Positions 18,279 through 30,152 of a stretch of DNA of 64,000 bases are shown here, piece after piece. A model generated the notes under the pieces. The model did no database searches. It was not told the origin of the DNA and saw only the letters and a program-made list of their open reading frames with translations. Position 1 is the first letter of the stretch. The number at the start of each line of letters is the position of its first letter. Origin of the DNA: Gammaproteobacteria bacterium (GTDB taxonomy: Bacteria > Pseudomonadota > Gammaproteobacteria > Ga0077536); contig CAXXLL010000002.1 of NCBI GenBank assembly GCA_963662545.2, forward strand, positions 1,344,001 to 1,408,000, read 5' to 3'. The position numbers and the translations under genes were made by a program.

Positions 18279-20078
18279 ATGAGCCTTCTACTCAATCCCC
18301 GTGACATCGAATTTGTTTTGTACGAGCTGCTCGATACCGAAGCGCTGGTGCAGACCGAACGATATGCAGCCCACGACCGGGAAACCTTTAACGTAATTCT
18401 CGACGCTGCAAGCAGGTTGGCCGAGGAAAAATTTGCGCCTAACGCGGCCAAGGTCGACGCCAATGAGCCCACGTTCGACGGCAAACGCGTCCATCACATT
18501 CCCGAAATTCACGACGCTATCGCTGCCTACATAGAAAGCGGTTTCATGGGCGTGATGGCCGAGGCGGAAGCGGGCGGCATGCAACTCCCCTGGACCGTCG
18601 CGCAGGCCGCCTGTGCGTACTTTTCGTCCGCGGACATCTCGGCGAATGCCTATGCCATGCTGACCCAGACGTCGATCAATCTATTGACCGAGTTCGGATC
18701 CGAAGATCAGAAAAAGCGCTATATGGAGCCGATGATCGCGGGGCGCTTCTTCGGGACCATGTGCCTGTCGGAGCCGCAGGCCGGTTCGTCCTTGTCCGAC
18801 ATCCAAGTGCGCGCGGAACGAACGGATGGCGAGCATTTCCTGATCAGCGGGACGAAGATGTGGATCTCCGCCGGCGAACACGAACTGTCCGAAAATATCG
18901 TTCATCTCGTGCTCGCAAAGATCCCGGATGGCCCACCGGGCGTAAAGGGTATCTCACTGTTTGTCGTGCCGCGCTACCGCGTCGACGATGACGGTAGTCT
19001 CGGGGAGCGCAACAACGTCGTGCTCGGCGGGCTCAATCACAAGATGGGCTTTCGCGGTACCACGAACACGGTGCTCAACTTCGGTGAAAGCGGAGATTGC
19101 CACGGTTGGCTGGTCGGCGAAGAAAACCGCGGCCTGTTCTGCATGTTCCACATGATGAACGAGGCGCGTGTCGGTATTGGACTCGGTGCGATGACGCTCG
19201 GCTATACGGGCTACCTGCATTCCCTGCAATATGCGCGTGAGCGACCCCAGGGCAGACATCCGCGGGATAAAGATCCGACCAGCCCACAGGTACCGATCAT
19301 CCAGCACGCCGACATCAAGCGGCTCCTGATGGCGCAAAAGAGCGCCGCTGAAGGATCGCTCGCTTTGATTCTCTATTGCGCCTACCTCATCGACATCCAG
19401 CGTACCGCCGAAAACGAAGGCGAGCGCATGCGGGTCGGGCTCCTGCTGGATATCCTGACCCCGGTGGCCAAGTCGTGGCCGTCGGAGTTCTGTCTCGAGG
19501 CCAACAAACACGCCATTCAAATTCTCGGTGGCTATGGCTACACCCGCGAGTTTCCGCTGGAGCGGTTCTACCGGGACAACCGGCTGAACCCCATTCACGA
19601 AGGTACGCACGGTATCCAGGGTCTCGATCTCCTGGGGCGCAAGGTGTCCATGCAGGGCGGCGCGGCGTTTGCCACCCTGTACGAAGAATACGAAAAAACG
19701 ACAGCGGAGGCCGTCGCGTATCCCGATCTGAACGAGTATTGCGAGTCTTTCGCAGGCGCGACCCAGGCATTACGCGAGACGACTGAAACGCTGGTGGCAC
19801 TCAACGGGGAAGGGGACACGAACCGGGCGCTCGCGAACGCCACCGTCTATTTGGATACTTTCGGCCACGTCGTTCTCGGCTGGATATGGCTCCGCCAGGC
19901 CGTGGCAGCAACCCGCGCGCTGCCTTCGGCGCAGGGTCCCGACCTCGCTTTCTATCGGGGCAAACTACAAGCCTGCCGCTATTTCTATCGCTATGAGATG
20001 TCGCAGGTACCTGCGCGCTGCGCGTTTCTCGCCCGCGCCGACGATACCTGCCTCGCTACTGAGGAAGCCTGGTTCTAA
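18279..20078 (+). CDS. Acyl-CoA dehydrogenase (long form)
   Basis: GTMCLSEPQAGS, GVKGISLF, MFHMMNEAR and IHEGT motifs. Confidence 0.93.
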   Translation: MSLLLNPRDIEFVLYELLDTEALVQTERYAAHDRETFNVILDAASRLAEEKFAPNAAKVDANEPTFDGKRVHHIPEIHDAIAAYIESGFMGVMAEAEAGGMQLPWTVAQAACAYFSSADISANAYAMLTQTSINLLTEFGSEDQKKRYMEPMIAGRFFGTMCLSEPQAGSSLSDIQVRAERTDGEHFLISGTKMWISAGEHELSENIVHLVLAKIPDGPPGVKGISLFVVPRYRVDDDGSLGERNNVVLGGLNHKMGFRGTTNTVLNFGESGDCHGWLVGEENRGLFCMFHMMNEARVGIGLGAMTLGYTGYLHSLQYARERPQGRHPRDKDPTSPQVPIIQHADIKRLLMAQKSAAEGSLALILYCAYLIDIQRTAENEGERMRVGLLLDILTPVAKSWPSEFCLEANKHAIQILGGYGYTREFPLERFYRDNRLNPIHEGTHGIQGLDLLGRKVSMQGGAAFATLYEEYEKTTAEAVAYPDLNEYCESFAGATQALRETTETLVALNGEGDTNRALANATVYLDTFGHVVLGWIWLRQAVAATRALPSAQGPDLAFYRGKLQACRYFYRYEMSQVPARCAFLARADDTCLATEEAWF

Positions 20079-20185
20079 ATAGGCTTTCGACCGCGTAGCA
20101 GCCCACTTGCGGGCGAACGGATAAGATAGACTTTCCGGCGGCGAGTTATCCATAAAATTAACAAGCTAATGAGAGCGCATCGATC

Positions 20186-21811
20186 ATGATTTCCGACTCA
20201 AACATGTCCAGCTACGAGGAAGCCCGAGCCGAATTCAACTGGGATCCGCCGGAGCGTTTCAATTTCGCGCGCGACATTATCGACAAGTGGGGTGAGTCCA
20301 CGCCCTCCAAAACCGCCATCTTCTGGGTCGATGACGACGGCAACGAGAAGGCACTCACCTTTGCCGGGCTGAGCGCGCGTTCGCGCCAATTGTGCAACGC
20401 CTTGACGGCCGCCGGCGTCGAGCGCGGTGATACCATCGTGCTGATGCTGGGGCGCAACATCGAATGGTGGGAGATCCTGACCGCCTGTCTGCGCATGGGC
20501 GCTATCTGCTCACCCGGGACCACCCAGTTGTCGCCCAAGGACATCGCTTACCGGATGAACGCGGCGAACGCGGTCTGTTTCATCACCGACATGGACAACG
20601 CGGATAAACTCGAGGAAGTCGCAGATCAATGTAAAACGATGAAAGCAAGATTCCTGGTCGGTGGCGAACGGGACGGTTGGTTGAACTACGACGCGGTGGT
20701 CGAGGCCGCGTCCGCCGAATTCGAAGCCGCCGATACGGCCTTGTCCGAGGATGCTCTGTGCTATTTCACTTCCGGTACCACCGGGTACCCCAAGATGACA
20801 ATCCACTGCCACGGCTACGGCCTCGCACACACCATTACCGGAAAATACTGGCTGGACTTGAGAGCGGACGACCTGCACTGGAATATCAGCGACACCGGCT
20901 GGGCCAAGGCCGCCTACAGCAGTTTTTTCGGGCCGTGGACCATGGGCACGACCCTCTTCGTGCATCATTCGCCGGTCTTCGATCCGGTGCGGACGCTGGA
21001 TCTGCTCGCGAAGTATCCGATCACGACGATGTGCGGTGCGCCGACGATCTACCGCATGCTGGTATTGCAGGATCTCAACGCCTATAAATTTCCAAAACTG
21101 CGTCATTGTGTGGGGGCCGGCGAACCGCTCAATCCCGAGGTCATCGAGACCTGGAAGAAGGCCTTTGATATCGTCATTCGCGACGGTTATGGCCAGACCG
21201 AGACGGTGCTGGTCTGCGGCAACTACCTGTGCCTCGAACCGCGCTTTGGATCGATGGGCAAACCGAGTCCCGGGATCGAGCTCGGCATCGTCGACAACGA
21301 CGGCCAAGCGCTCGCTGCGAATGAAGAAGGAGACATCGCGATCCGGGTTAAGCCACGCCTGGCACCAGGGCTTTTCGTTGAATACCGTGGGGACGCGGCG
21401 AAGTACGACGCGTGCTTTGTCGGCGACTGGTATATCACCGGTGATCGCGGCTACGTCGACGACGATGGCTATTTCTGGTTCGTCAGCCGTGCCGACGACG
21501 TCATCCTGTCGGCGGGTTATCGTATCGGGCCGTTCGAAGTTGAAAGTGCGTTGATCGAGCATCCAGCCGTGGCCGAATCCGCGGTGGTCGCGAGCCCCGA
21601 CGAAACACGCGGCGCCGTGGTCAAGGCCTTCGTCGTTCTGGCACCGGGCTTCGAGGCGAACGACGATCTGGTCACGGTCCTGAAGAACCACGTCAAGAAA
21701 GTGACTGCCCCCTATAAATATCCGCGGAAGATCGAGTTCGTCGAGAGCCTGCCGAAGACCGTCAGCGGCAAGATCAGGCGCGTCGAATTACGTGCGCGAG
21801 AAGCCGGATAG
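20186..21811 (+). CDS. Medium-chain acyl-CoA synthetase (AMP-binding)
   Basis: YFTSGTTGYPK, GYGQTET and LPKTVSGKIRR motifs. Confidence 0.93.
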   Translation: MISDSNMSSYEEARAEFNWDPPERFNFARDIIDKWGESTPSKTAIFWVDDDGNEKALTFAGLSARSRQLCNALTAAGVERGDTIVLMLGRNIEWWEILTACLRMGAICSPGTTQLSPKDIAYRMNAANAVCFITDMDNADKLEEVADQCKTMKARFLVGGERDGWLNYDAVVEAASAEFEAADTALSEDALCYFTSGTTGYPKMTIHCHGYGLAHTITGKYWLDLRADDLHWNISDTGWAKAAYSSFFGPWTMGTTLFVHHSPVFDPVRTLDLLAKYPITTMCGAPTIYRMLVLQDLNAYKFPKLRHCVGAGEPLNPEVIETWKKAFDIVIRDGYGQTETVLVCGNYLCLEPRFGSMGKPSPGIELGIVDNDGQALAANEEGDIAIRVKPRLAPGLFVEYRGDAAKYDACFVGDWYITGDRGYVDDDGYFWFVSRADDVILSAGYRIGPFEVESALIEHPAVAESAVVASPDETRGAVVKAFVVLAPGFEANDDLVTVLKNHVKKVTAPYKYPRKIEFVESLPKTVSGKIRRVELRAREAG

Positions 21812-21872
21812 ATCGCGCGCCCGACACCCGGTCGGGTGAATCCCACTCGATCGGGGTCAAGCTCCAACTCCA

Positions 21873-23270
21873 ATGACCGTGGAAACTCACTCTGCAGATG
21901 TCGCCGTGCGCCGCGCGACGATCGTCATGATCATGCTCAACTCGATCAGCACCGCCATGATGCTTTCCGCGGTCAACGTGGCCTTACCGGATATCGCACG
22001 CGACCTCGACATCGACGCCGTCGTCTTGAGTTGGATTCCGATGACCTATCTCATGGCCAGCGCGGCATTCGTCCTCGCCTTCGGGCGGTTGGCGGATATG
22101 TTCGGACGAAAACGCCTGTACCTGATCGGTACTGCCGGGGTCATCGTTACGTCAGTCGTGGCGGCCTGTGCTACGACGGGTTTTGAATTGATCGGCGGGC
22201 GCGTGCTGCAGGGCATCTGTGCCGCTATGCTGTATGCGACCAACGTTGCCATCGTCTCTTCAGTTTTTCCGCCGGCGCAGCGTGGGCAGGCGATCGGGTA
22301 TACCGTTTCCACGATTTATCTCGGCCTCGCGCTGGGTCCGGTGCTCGGCGGGTGGCTAATTGAACTTTCCAATTGGCGCGCGACCTTCCTGATTCACATT
22401 CCGCTGGCAGTCATCGTGCTCTACATTGGATTGACGCGCTTGCCCGTCGAATGGAAAGCCGAAGAACGCGGCGATTTCGATCCCTTGGGAGCCGTCTTGT
22501 ACGGCGTGGCCATCGTCGTCTTCATGGTCGGCGTATCGACCCTGCCGAACGTCTCTTCGATAGGGATGATCGTGGCGGGCATTGCAGGGATTTGGCTATT
22601 CTTCCGTCACGAACATCGCCATCCGCATCCCATCTTTGACGTCGAGTTGTTCTATTCCAATCGGGTCTTCACGATGTCCTGCCTGGCCTCGCTGGTCATG
22701 TATACGGCGACCTTCGCGAATGTCGTTCTGGTCAGTCTCTACCTTCAGTACCTGAAGGGCATCGCGCCGGGAACCACGGGTCTGATCCTCATGGCACAGC
22801 CGCTGATGATGGCGGCGGTCTCGCCGCTTGCAGGTCGGCTGTCGGATCGCTCGGAGCCACGCGTCATCGCATCGCTGGGTATGCTGGTGACGGCGATCGG
22901 GCTCGCGTCTTTCGCAACGCTCGACGAAACGAGTTCGATTACTACGGTCGTGGGCTGCTTGTTGATCACTGGATTGGGATTCAGCCTGTTCACCTCGCCT
23001 AATGCCAACGCGATCATGGGCGCGGTGGGGCGGGGTGACTACGGGCGCGCCGCCGCTGCGATGGCGGTCATGCGCGTGGTTGGGCAGATGGCCAGCATGG
23101 GGTCGGTCGCGATGGTGTTCGCCTTGTTGCTGGGGCCCGTGCGTATTACGCGGGCGCTCTATCCGGCGCTCGGCAATGCCATTGCCACGTGCTTCGCTAT
23201 AGGGGCCGTCTTTTGCGCCCTGGGGATCATTCTTTCCCTCACGCGCGGCCGCATGCACGCGCCGGCCTGA
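21873..23270 (+). CDS. MFS transporter (DHA2-like), paralog of 12272-13684
   Basis: VNVALPDI and GRLADMFGRKR motifs; shares MYxATFxNVVLxSLYLQYLKG with the paralog. Confidence 0.9.
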   Translation: MTVETHSADVAVRRATIVMIMLNSISTAMMLSAVNVALPDIARDLDIDAVVLSWIPMTYLMASAAFVLAFGRLADMFGRKRLYLIGTAGVIVTSVVAACATTGFELIGGRVLQGICAAMLYATNVAIVSSVFPPAQRGQAIGYTVSTIYLGLALGPVLGGWLIELSNWRATFLIHIPLAVIVLYIGLTRLPVEWKAEERGDFDPLGAVLYGVAIVVFMVGVSTLPNVSSIGMIVAGIAGIWLFFRHEHRHPHPIFDVELFYSNRVFTMSCLASLVMYTATFANVVLVSLYLQYLKGIAPGTTGLILMAQPLMMAAVSPLAGRLSDRSEPRVIASLGMLVTAIGLASFATLDETSSITTVVGCLLITGLGFSLFTSPNANAIMGAVGRGDYGRAAAAMAVMRVVGQMASMGSVAMVFALLLGPVRITRALYPALGNAIATCFAIGAVFCALGIILSLTRGRMHAPA

Positions 23271-23304
23271 CGTTCGTCATTTTTCAGGTCCTACGGACTC
23301 GGCT

Positions 23305-24684
23305 TTGTCGCAAGCATCGCAAATCGAACATATCGTCTGGCCGCCGGTTCTGGGCGATGCTCATTCTCAGGTCAGTGATGTCGTGGCCGCGATGGAACAA
23401 TCCAACGCCGATGACCCGGAAGTATTGCAGCGCGGGCAGCAACGTCAGCTGTCGGCACTGCTGCGCTGGTCGGCCCGCGAAGTCCCCCATTACAGACACC
23501 TCAAAGCCCTGGTTGCCAAGCTGAAGCGTCTGGATACCCGACCCGAACAGTTCTGGCAGGCCTGGCGCAACATACCGGTTCTGACCAAACCGCAACTTCG
23601 ATCGGAAGTCGAGAATTTGCTCGCCCGGCACTTGCCGGACTCCCATCAACCGATGGAAATACAGCGTACTTCGGGATCGACAGGCATCCCCGTTCAAGTC
23701 GCCTCGACACGAATAAACGAGACTGTGTGGGACGCGCTAACAATACGGGAACATCTGTGGCATCGACGGGATTTCAGTCGACGTCTCGGGGTGATTCGCT
23801 ACCGCAAGCGCCCAAAGCGTTCGCCGACCGGACATTGTTATGACTCCTGGGGTCCACCGGTCGATCGCGTTTACAAAACGGGGCCGGCGAGCGTGATTCA
23901 CATCGGTTATCCCATCGATCAGGTCGTGGACTGGCTGCAGGATTTCGACCCGCATTACCTGCTGACCCATCCGAGCATCATGGAGCCGTTGCTGGACGTC
24001 TACGATGGGCGCGGGGCAGGTCCCCGGTCGCTCGAAGAAGTCCGCTTCATAGCAGAGCCGCTTGGTTCATCGCTGGTGCAGACATTGGCGAGCCGGTGGC
24101 ATGTTCGGTGTTCGGACGTGTATTCATCGAACGAAACCGGAATCATCGCCTTCCAATGCCGCGAACGGGGCAAGCTGCACGTGCAGTCCGAGGCCGTACT
24201 GGTTGAAATAGTCGATGATCGCGGGCGTCTATGTTCGAGCGGGCAAAGCGGCCGTGTGATCATATCAATGCTGCATAATCTGGCCATGCCGATCATCCGC
24301 TATGAGATCGGCGATTATGCGACGGTCGGAGAGCCTTGCGAGTGCGGTCGGCCTCATCCCGTTATCGAGAAGGTGCTCGGACGGGTGCGCAACCTCGTCA
24401 CCACACCCAAAGGCGAACGATTCTGGCCGGTCGCACTCGGTAGAATGCGCACGGTATCCTCCATCCAGCAGGTACAATTCGTTCAGGTCGCCCTGGACCG
24501 AATCGAAGTTCGCGTACGTCTCGAGCGCCCGTTGACTTTAGCCGAAGAGAAATCCGCAATCGACATAACTCGTGACGTGCTGGGTTATCCATTCCACGTC
24601 GACATCAAACCGGTCGACGCGATAGAGCGAGGGCCATCGGGAAAATTCGAGGAATTCCTTTCGCTCGTGGACGAGCCGGATTAG
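23305..24684 (+). CDS. Phenylacetate-CoA ligase / coenzyme F390 synthetase-like adenylate-forming protein
   Basis: RTSGSTG, YSSNETG, MPIIRYEIGD and SGKF motifs. Confidence 0.8.
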   Translation: MSQASQIEHIVWPPVLGDAHSQVSDVVAAMEQSNADDPEVLQRGQQRQLSALLRWSAREVPHYRHLKALVAKLKRLDTRPEQFWQAWRNIPVLTKPQLRSEVENLLARHLPDSHQPMEIQRTSGSTGIPVQVASTRINETVWDALTIREHLWHRRDFSRRLGVIRYRKRPKRSPTGHCYDSWGPPVDRVYKTGPASVIHIGYPIDQVVDWLQDFDPHYLLTHPSIMEPLLDVYDGRGAGPRSLEEVRFIAEPLGSSLVQTLASRWHVRCSDVYSSNETGIIAFQCRERGKLHVQSEAVLVEIVDDRGRLCSSGQSGRVIISMLHNLAMPIIRYEIGDYATVGEPCECGRPHPVIEKVLGRVRNLVTTPKGERFWPVALGRMRTVSSIQQVQFVQVALDRIEVRVRLERPLTLAEEKSAIDITRDVLGYPFHVDIKPVDAIERGPSGKFEEFLSLVDEPD

Positions 24685-24711
24685 CTTCGGCCCGTATTTC
24701 CCTTTCCGAAC

Positions 24712-25875
24712 ATGACTAGAATTCACCGCGGCGTCCTGTTCCCGGTTTATCTGCCGGCTGTGTTCCTGGGTGTTCCGGCGCAGGCCGTCCTCATCCTTTT
24801 GCCGCTCTACGTGCTCGAACTCGGCGGTAGCGTGGCGGCAGCGTCCGCGGTCGTCGGGTTTCGTGGCGTCGGTATGATGGTGGCCGACATCCCGGCCGGC
24901 ATGCTGGCTGCGCGATTCGGGGATCGCGTCGTGATGTTATTCGCGATGATCCTCATAGGCAGCGCCTACCTCACCTATGCGCTGTTCGGGGACGTATCGT
25001 GGTTTTACCTACTTGCATTCATCAACGGCGTGGGCAGCAGCACGTTCCTGCTTGGCCGAATGTCGTACATCACCGCGGCTTGCAGTCCACGCGAACGTGG
25101 CCGCGTCATCTCGATGATCGCAGGCAGTATGCGCGGCGCGGCGCTGCTTGGACCGCTCGCCGGCGCGGCGGCCGCCGAGTTTATCGGTTTCGAAGTGACC
25201 TTTATGTGTCTTGCCGCGAGCGTTGTGCTCGGGTTTATTTGCGTTGCAACAACGGCCATCGACGATCGTTCGGCCTTGAGGAAAATGCAATGGCGCACGG
25301 TTACGGATCTCGCCTACGAGCACCGGCGTGTATTCGCCACGGCAGGAGTCGCTTCAATCGCTTTCATGTTGATGCGAGCCGCGCGCACGGTACTCATCCC
25401 TCTTATCGGTGCCGAACTTGGGCTGGCGACGACAGCCATCGGCTTAGTCGTATCGGTCTCGGCCATCGTCGACGTCGCTCTGTTCTATCCCGCGGGCATG
25501 ATCATGGATCGTCACGGACGCCGCGCGACCGCCGTCCCGAGTTCGATCCTTTTTGCTGCTTCGCTGGCCGCATTGAGTCTCGCAAATGGTTTTTACTCAC
25601 TTTTAACCGTAGCGATTGTGCTAGGCGTCGCCAACGGACTTTCCACTGGCATCGTTATGACGCTCGGGACGGATCTCGCCCCGGCGGCGTGGCGCGGAGA
25701 ATTTCTGGGCCTTTGGCGGTTGTTGACCGACCTCGGCAGCGCGACCGGGCCGCTGACGGTGAGCCTGGTGGTGAGCTTAGGCTCAATCCAGGCTGCCGCA
25801 CTGTGTGTAGGCGCGCTGGGGGCAGGGGGGAGTTTCGTGGTTTATCGATTCGTAGAGGAAACTTTGAAACGCTAG
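24712..25875 (+). CDS. MFS transporter
   Basis: About 12 TM segments; MDRHGRR motif. Confidence 0.88.
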   Translation: MTRIHRGVLFPVYLPAVFLGVPAQAVLILLPLYVLELGGSVAAASAVVGFRGVGMMVADIPAGMLAARFGDRVVMLFAMILIGSAYLTYALFGDVSWFYLLAFINGVGSSTFLLGRMSYITAACSPRERGRVISMIAGSMRGAALLGPLAGAAAAEFIGFEVTFMCLAASVVLGFICVATTAIDDRSALRKMQWRTVTDLAYEHRRVFATAGVASIAFMLMRAARTVLIPLIGAELGLATTAIGLVVSVSAIVDVALFYPAGMIMDRHGRRATAVPSSILFAASLAALSLANGFYSLLTVAIVLGVANGLSTGIVMTLGTDLAPAAWRGEFLGLWRLLTDLGSATGPLTVSLVVSLGSIQAAALCVGALGAGGSFVVYRFVEETLKR

Positions 25876-26083
25876 GGGACTATTGAAAAAAAAAGGTATT
25901 CCTCTAGTGTTACTAGCGCCGCATTGATCTCCTTTGGCAGGTCAGGGCGGTAAGTCCGGTGCCAGGGTCATTCTGGATCTTCCAATGAGAGTAATATCGT
26001 GCGTTATGCACGGTTTCAAACAGGCGAATGCCGGTTCGGTTTCGTGCACAATGCACGCTACTTAATGTTAGGTGTCTGAAGAA

Positions 26084-26739
26084 ATGAATTGGGACGCGAT
26101 TGGGGTAGTCAGTGAAGTCGTCGGCGCAATCGCCGTGGTCGTTTCAATTATCTACCTCGCTGTACAGATAAGCTCGAACACAAAAACAATGCGCGCTAAT
26201 GCTGGATTCGAGGCTACTCATTCATGGGCCAATTCCAACGAAATTTTCAGTCAATTCTCCGACGATCATTTGATGACGATCGTGCGCACCTTCGATTCAA
26301 CCGCGTCCTGGGACGATTTCTCAGAGGTAGAGCGCGTTAGGATTAGTCTGTCGTTCCGCGCCTTGTTTCAAAAACTTGAAGCGTGCGTAACTGCCGGCTC
26401 ACTGTGCTAATTTCGCTGTGCTTCATCCGATACTCCCAGATCACGAAGTCGAGAGGTAGAGAGGTAGAGCGCGTTAGGATTAGTCTGTCGTTCCGCGCCT
26501 TGTTTCAAAAACTTGAAGGTCAATATTATCTGTATCGATACAAGACCCTAGATGAAGGTATATGGAAGAATCGGGCCATGTTCTCTGCAGGACTTCTGCG
26601 AAAACCATTCTTTGCGGCTTGGTGGGAAATCGAGAAAGACCAACGGGTCTATTCGCCGGAGTTTATAGAGGCGCTTGAAGCTACACAGCCCATAGAAGTT
26701 AAGGCAAGTGTACTCGGAGGCAACGATGGCGCTGCGTAA
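26084..26739 (+). pseudogene. Cassette 1 hypothetical protein with N-terminal TM helix, disrupted by a 59-bp duplication and a 78-bp insert
   Basis: MNWDAIGVVSEVVGAIAVVVSIIYLAVQI start; EVERVRISLSFRALFQKLE occurs twice in different frames. Confidence 0.75.
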
Positions 26740-26847
26740 ATTCGACTTCGACGTGCAATCTTGCTCCCGACGGGAATAAAAAAATGTTCAAGACTCCGTT
26801 AAACGCCCCGCCACCTAACAAGTGACTGTGGTTTGAAGTCAATAGAA

Positions 26848-27995
<1,148 letters not shown>

Positions 27996-28119
27996 ACCAT
28001 ACAAATGGATCAACCGGACACGTTACAGCGCGCTTCTTTGGAGCAGCTACGCATTTTCGATCCAAAGAAGCGCACTGTAACGCGCCGGTTATCCTAGCGT
28101 TAGGTGGCAGTAACCGAAT

Positions 28120-28509
28120 ATGACCGAGTACGAATATTTAGACGTTATGAATTCTATGCGGGATTCTGGCGGATTCCACGCCATGAACTATATTGCCATC
28201 CTATTCGCCTATTTGATCGCGGGCTATTTCGCTGGGCACCTACTGTCGCGGTTTCAGGTCATAGCTCTTTCGGCTTTCTACTTAATTTTGTGCCCTATGC
28301 CCGGCATTGCAGCCTTCGAAGTGATTTTAGATTACGGAGCACTCGTCACTGAGTACTACAACCAGTTCAAGCCAGGTGACCGTTTGCCACTGTTTGCGCG
28401 ATACGGCGCCAACCTATGGCTGTTCGTTTTTCTTGGCACGTTAGCTCTAAGCATATATTTCATGTTTCAGGCGAGACGTTCTAAACGCGGTCGAGAAAAT
28501 GCCACTTAG
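28120..28509 (+). CDS. Cassette 2: small membrane protein (about 3 TM), unknown function
   Basis: ORF between attC sites; FAYLIAGYFAGHLLSRFQ. Confidence 0.75.
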   Translation: MTEYEYLDVMNSMRDSGGFHAMNYIAILFAYLIAGYFAGHLLSRFQVIALSAFYLILCPMPGIAAFEVILDYGALVTEYYNQFKPGDRLPLFARYGANLWLFVFLGTLALSIYFMFQARRSKRGRENAT

Positions 28510-28586
28510 ATTTCCAAACGAAGTGCAACTGAGCGGGAGCCGAGATATAAAGAAAATATGTCCCCGGCTTCGTTAAACGCCCCGCC

Positions 28587-28696
28587 ACCTAACAAATGGA
28601 TCAACCGGACGTGTTACAGCGGGCTCATTTGAAACGGCTTCGCATTATCGCTCCAAAGAAGCGCGCTGTAACACGCCGGTTATCCTAGCGTTAGGT
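28587..28696 (+). other. attC site (intact, 110 bp)
   Basis: acctaac...gttaggt with arms ggatcaaccggacgtgttacagcg / cgctgtaacacgccggttatcc. Confidence 0.92.
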
Positions 28697-28758
28697 GGCA
28701 AGCGACCGCGATTGCCACGGGCAGCGTTGACCCAGATTACCTTAGGTGACGTGAGGAA

Positions 28759-29133
28759 ATGACTGAAGCCGAGACCATCGCCTCATTGAATGACATTGCC
28801 GTCGTAGCTGGGTCATTCGTAAGTATGTGGGTTTCGTTCACATTCGCATATCTGACCGTCGCATACTTTCTCGGGAAAGTTTTGTCGCGGTTTCAATGTC
28901 TGATGATTTCAGCGGTTTATGGTGTTACTGCTGCTTATTTCGGATGCGCAGCGTTTGTGTACGTGCAAGCTTGGCACGTAGTCACGAAACTTAGTCGGGA
29001 TACTCTTTATAACAATATATGGCTGATGACTTTCGAATCTGCTTGGGTGTGGGGCGTTGCAGTTTTCTTGGTCGCGGGGACCACTGTCAGCCTCTATTTT
29101 ATGTACGACGTTCGTCGGCGCAGCAGGACATAA
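28759..29133 (+). CDS. Cassette 3: small membrane protein, paralog of cassette 2
   Basis: FAYLTVAYFLGKVLSRFQ...SLYFM; RBS gagg. Confidence 0.75.
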   Translation: MTEAETIASLNDIAVVAGSFVSMWVSFTFAYLTVAYFLGKVLSRFQCLMISAVYGVTAAYFGCAAFVYVQAWHVVTKLSRDTLYNNIWLMTFESAWVWGVAVFLVAGTTVSLYFMYDVRRRSRT

Positions 29134-29481
29134 CACGGCATGATGATAAATCAGCCATTGATAAGCACCGGAAGGTCTGAGCGCCTCTTAGAGTATCCAC
29201 GCAGATTTCCAAGCGAAGTGCAACTGAGCAGCCGCAGAGACATAAAGAGAAAATGTTTACGGCTTCGTTAAACGCCCCGCCACTTAGATTTCCCAGCGGC
29301 GAGTGAAGTGCAACAAACATAATGCTACGGAGTCACGCGCAAATTGCGAGACATCATGGATCACGAAGCGCGAAAAATCGCGCAGCCTATTGTTCTACCT
29401 GCAGATTTTTCGTGATCCTCTTGCAAGCTATTGAGGAGCTTATGAAAAACCTGCCGTGTTGCACTTACTTTGTGAAGTGCC

Positions 29482-30150
29482 TGAGCGGACCGGGAGAAAG
29501 GTAACAAAAGTGCCAAGGTAGATGGGTAACACTTTTGTTATCGATAATGTCGTTTTAGTCGGCCGTAAGCATCTTCGATCCGATTGTATTTTTCAATCAT
29601 TCGGCCGAGCTTAAGCGTTCCGAAATAGACGTTCCAAACACCACAGTCGATTTCCTCTAATCCTATGTACTCACCGGCACACGCGATTGAGACAGGCACA
29701 TGGGTGGAATGCCATCGGATGCCACCGTTGGCACTGACGAAGCGCTTGATGAAACGGTCAGGATATTCGAGCGGCGGGATTTTGCTAGGCATTTCTTTGG
29801 CAGAAAATTCGTAGAAGTCGGCAGGTGTGAACATGTCGAGCGCTTCATGAGGGCGTTCTTCATTGAATTCAATCTGGAACCGATTAAATCGTTTCTGTTG
29901 CGCGCGATAGTCCCCGGCCGGAGGTCGAGTCGTCTCCGCCTTTAAGGTTCGGTGCATCCGTTCGTGTCGGCCATTTTGTTGAGGCTTTCCGGGTTCGATG
30001 AGCTCGGGATAAATACCAAGCCTGATCCACCAGGCAGACAGCGTTGATAATCGACCGAGCGTGTTCGTCGCGAAGGGGACGCCGTTGTCGGTACGGATGC
30101 GTTCTGGCAGTCCGTATTCTTTGAATAAGCGGGTGAACACCGCCTTCGAT
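29482..30150 (-). mobile_element. IS481-family remnant (right end plus C-terminal transposase fragment 29538-30140)
   Basis: IRTDNGVPF, PQQNGRHERMHRTLK and FNEERPHEAL motifs; end with repeated tgttacc motifs; 5' part missing. Confidence 0.82.
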
Positions 30151-30152
30151 GG

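Noticed and set aside
20510-21691. Long antisense or alternate-frame ORFs (e.g. 20510-21691, 16435-17229, 42144-42977, 24999-25886)
   Set aside because: Shadow ORFs of well-supported genes, as expected in high-GC DNA.
25880-26066. Remnant of intI upstream of the array
   Set aside because: No tyrosine-recombinase motif was recognisable; the attI assignment remains tentative.
30061-30150. Start of the 186-aa ORF 30061-30621
   Set aside because: Its first ~30 codons are the antisense strand of the IS481 remnant, so the ORF is a chimera.
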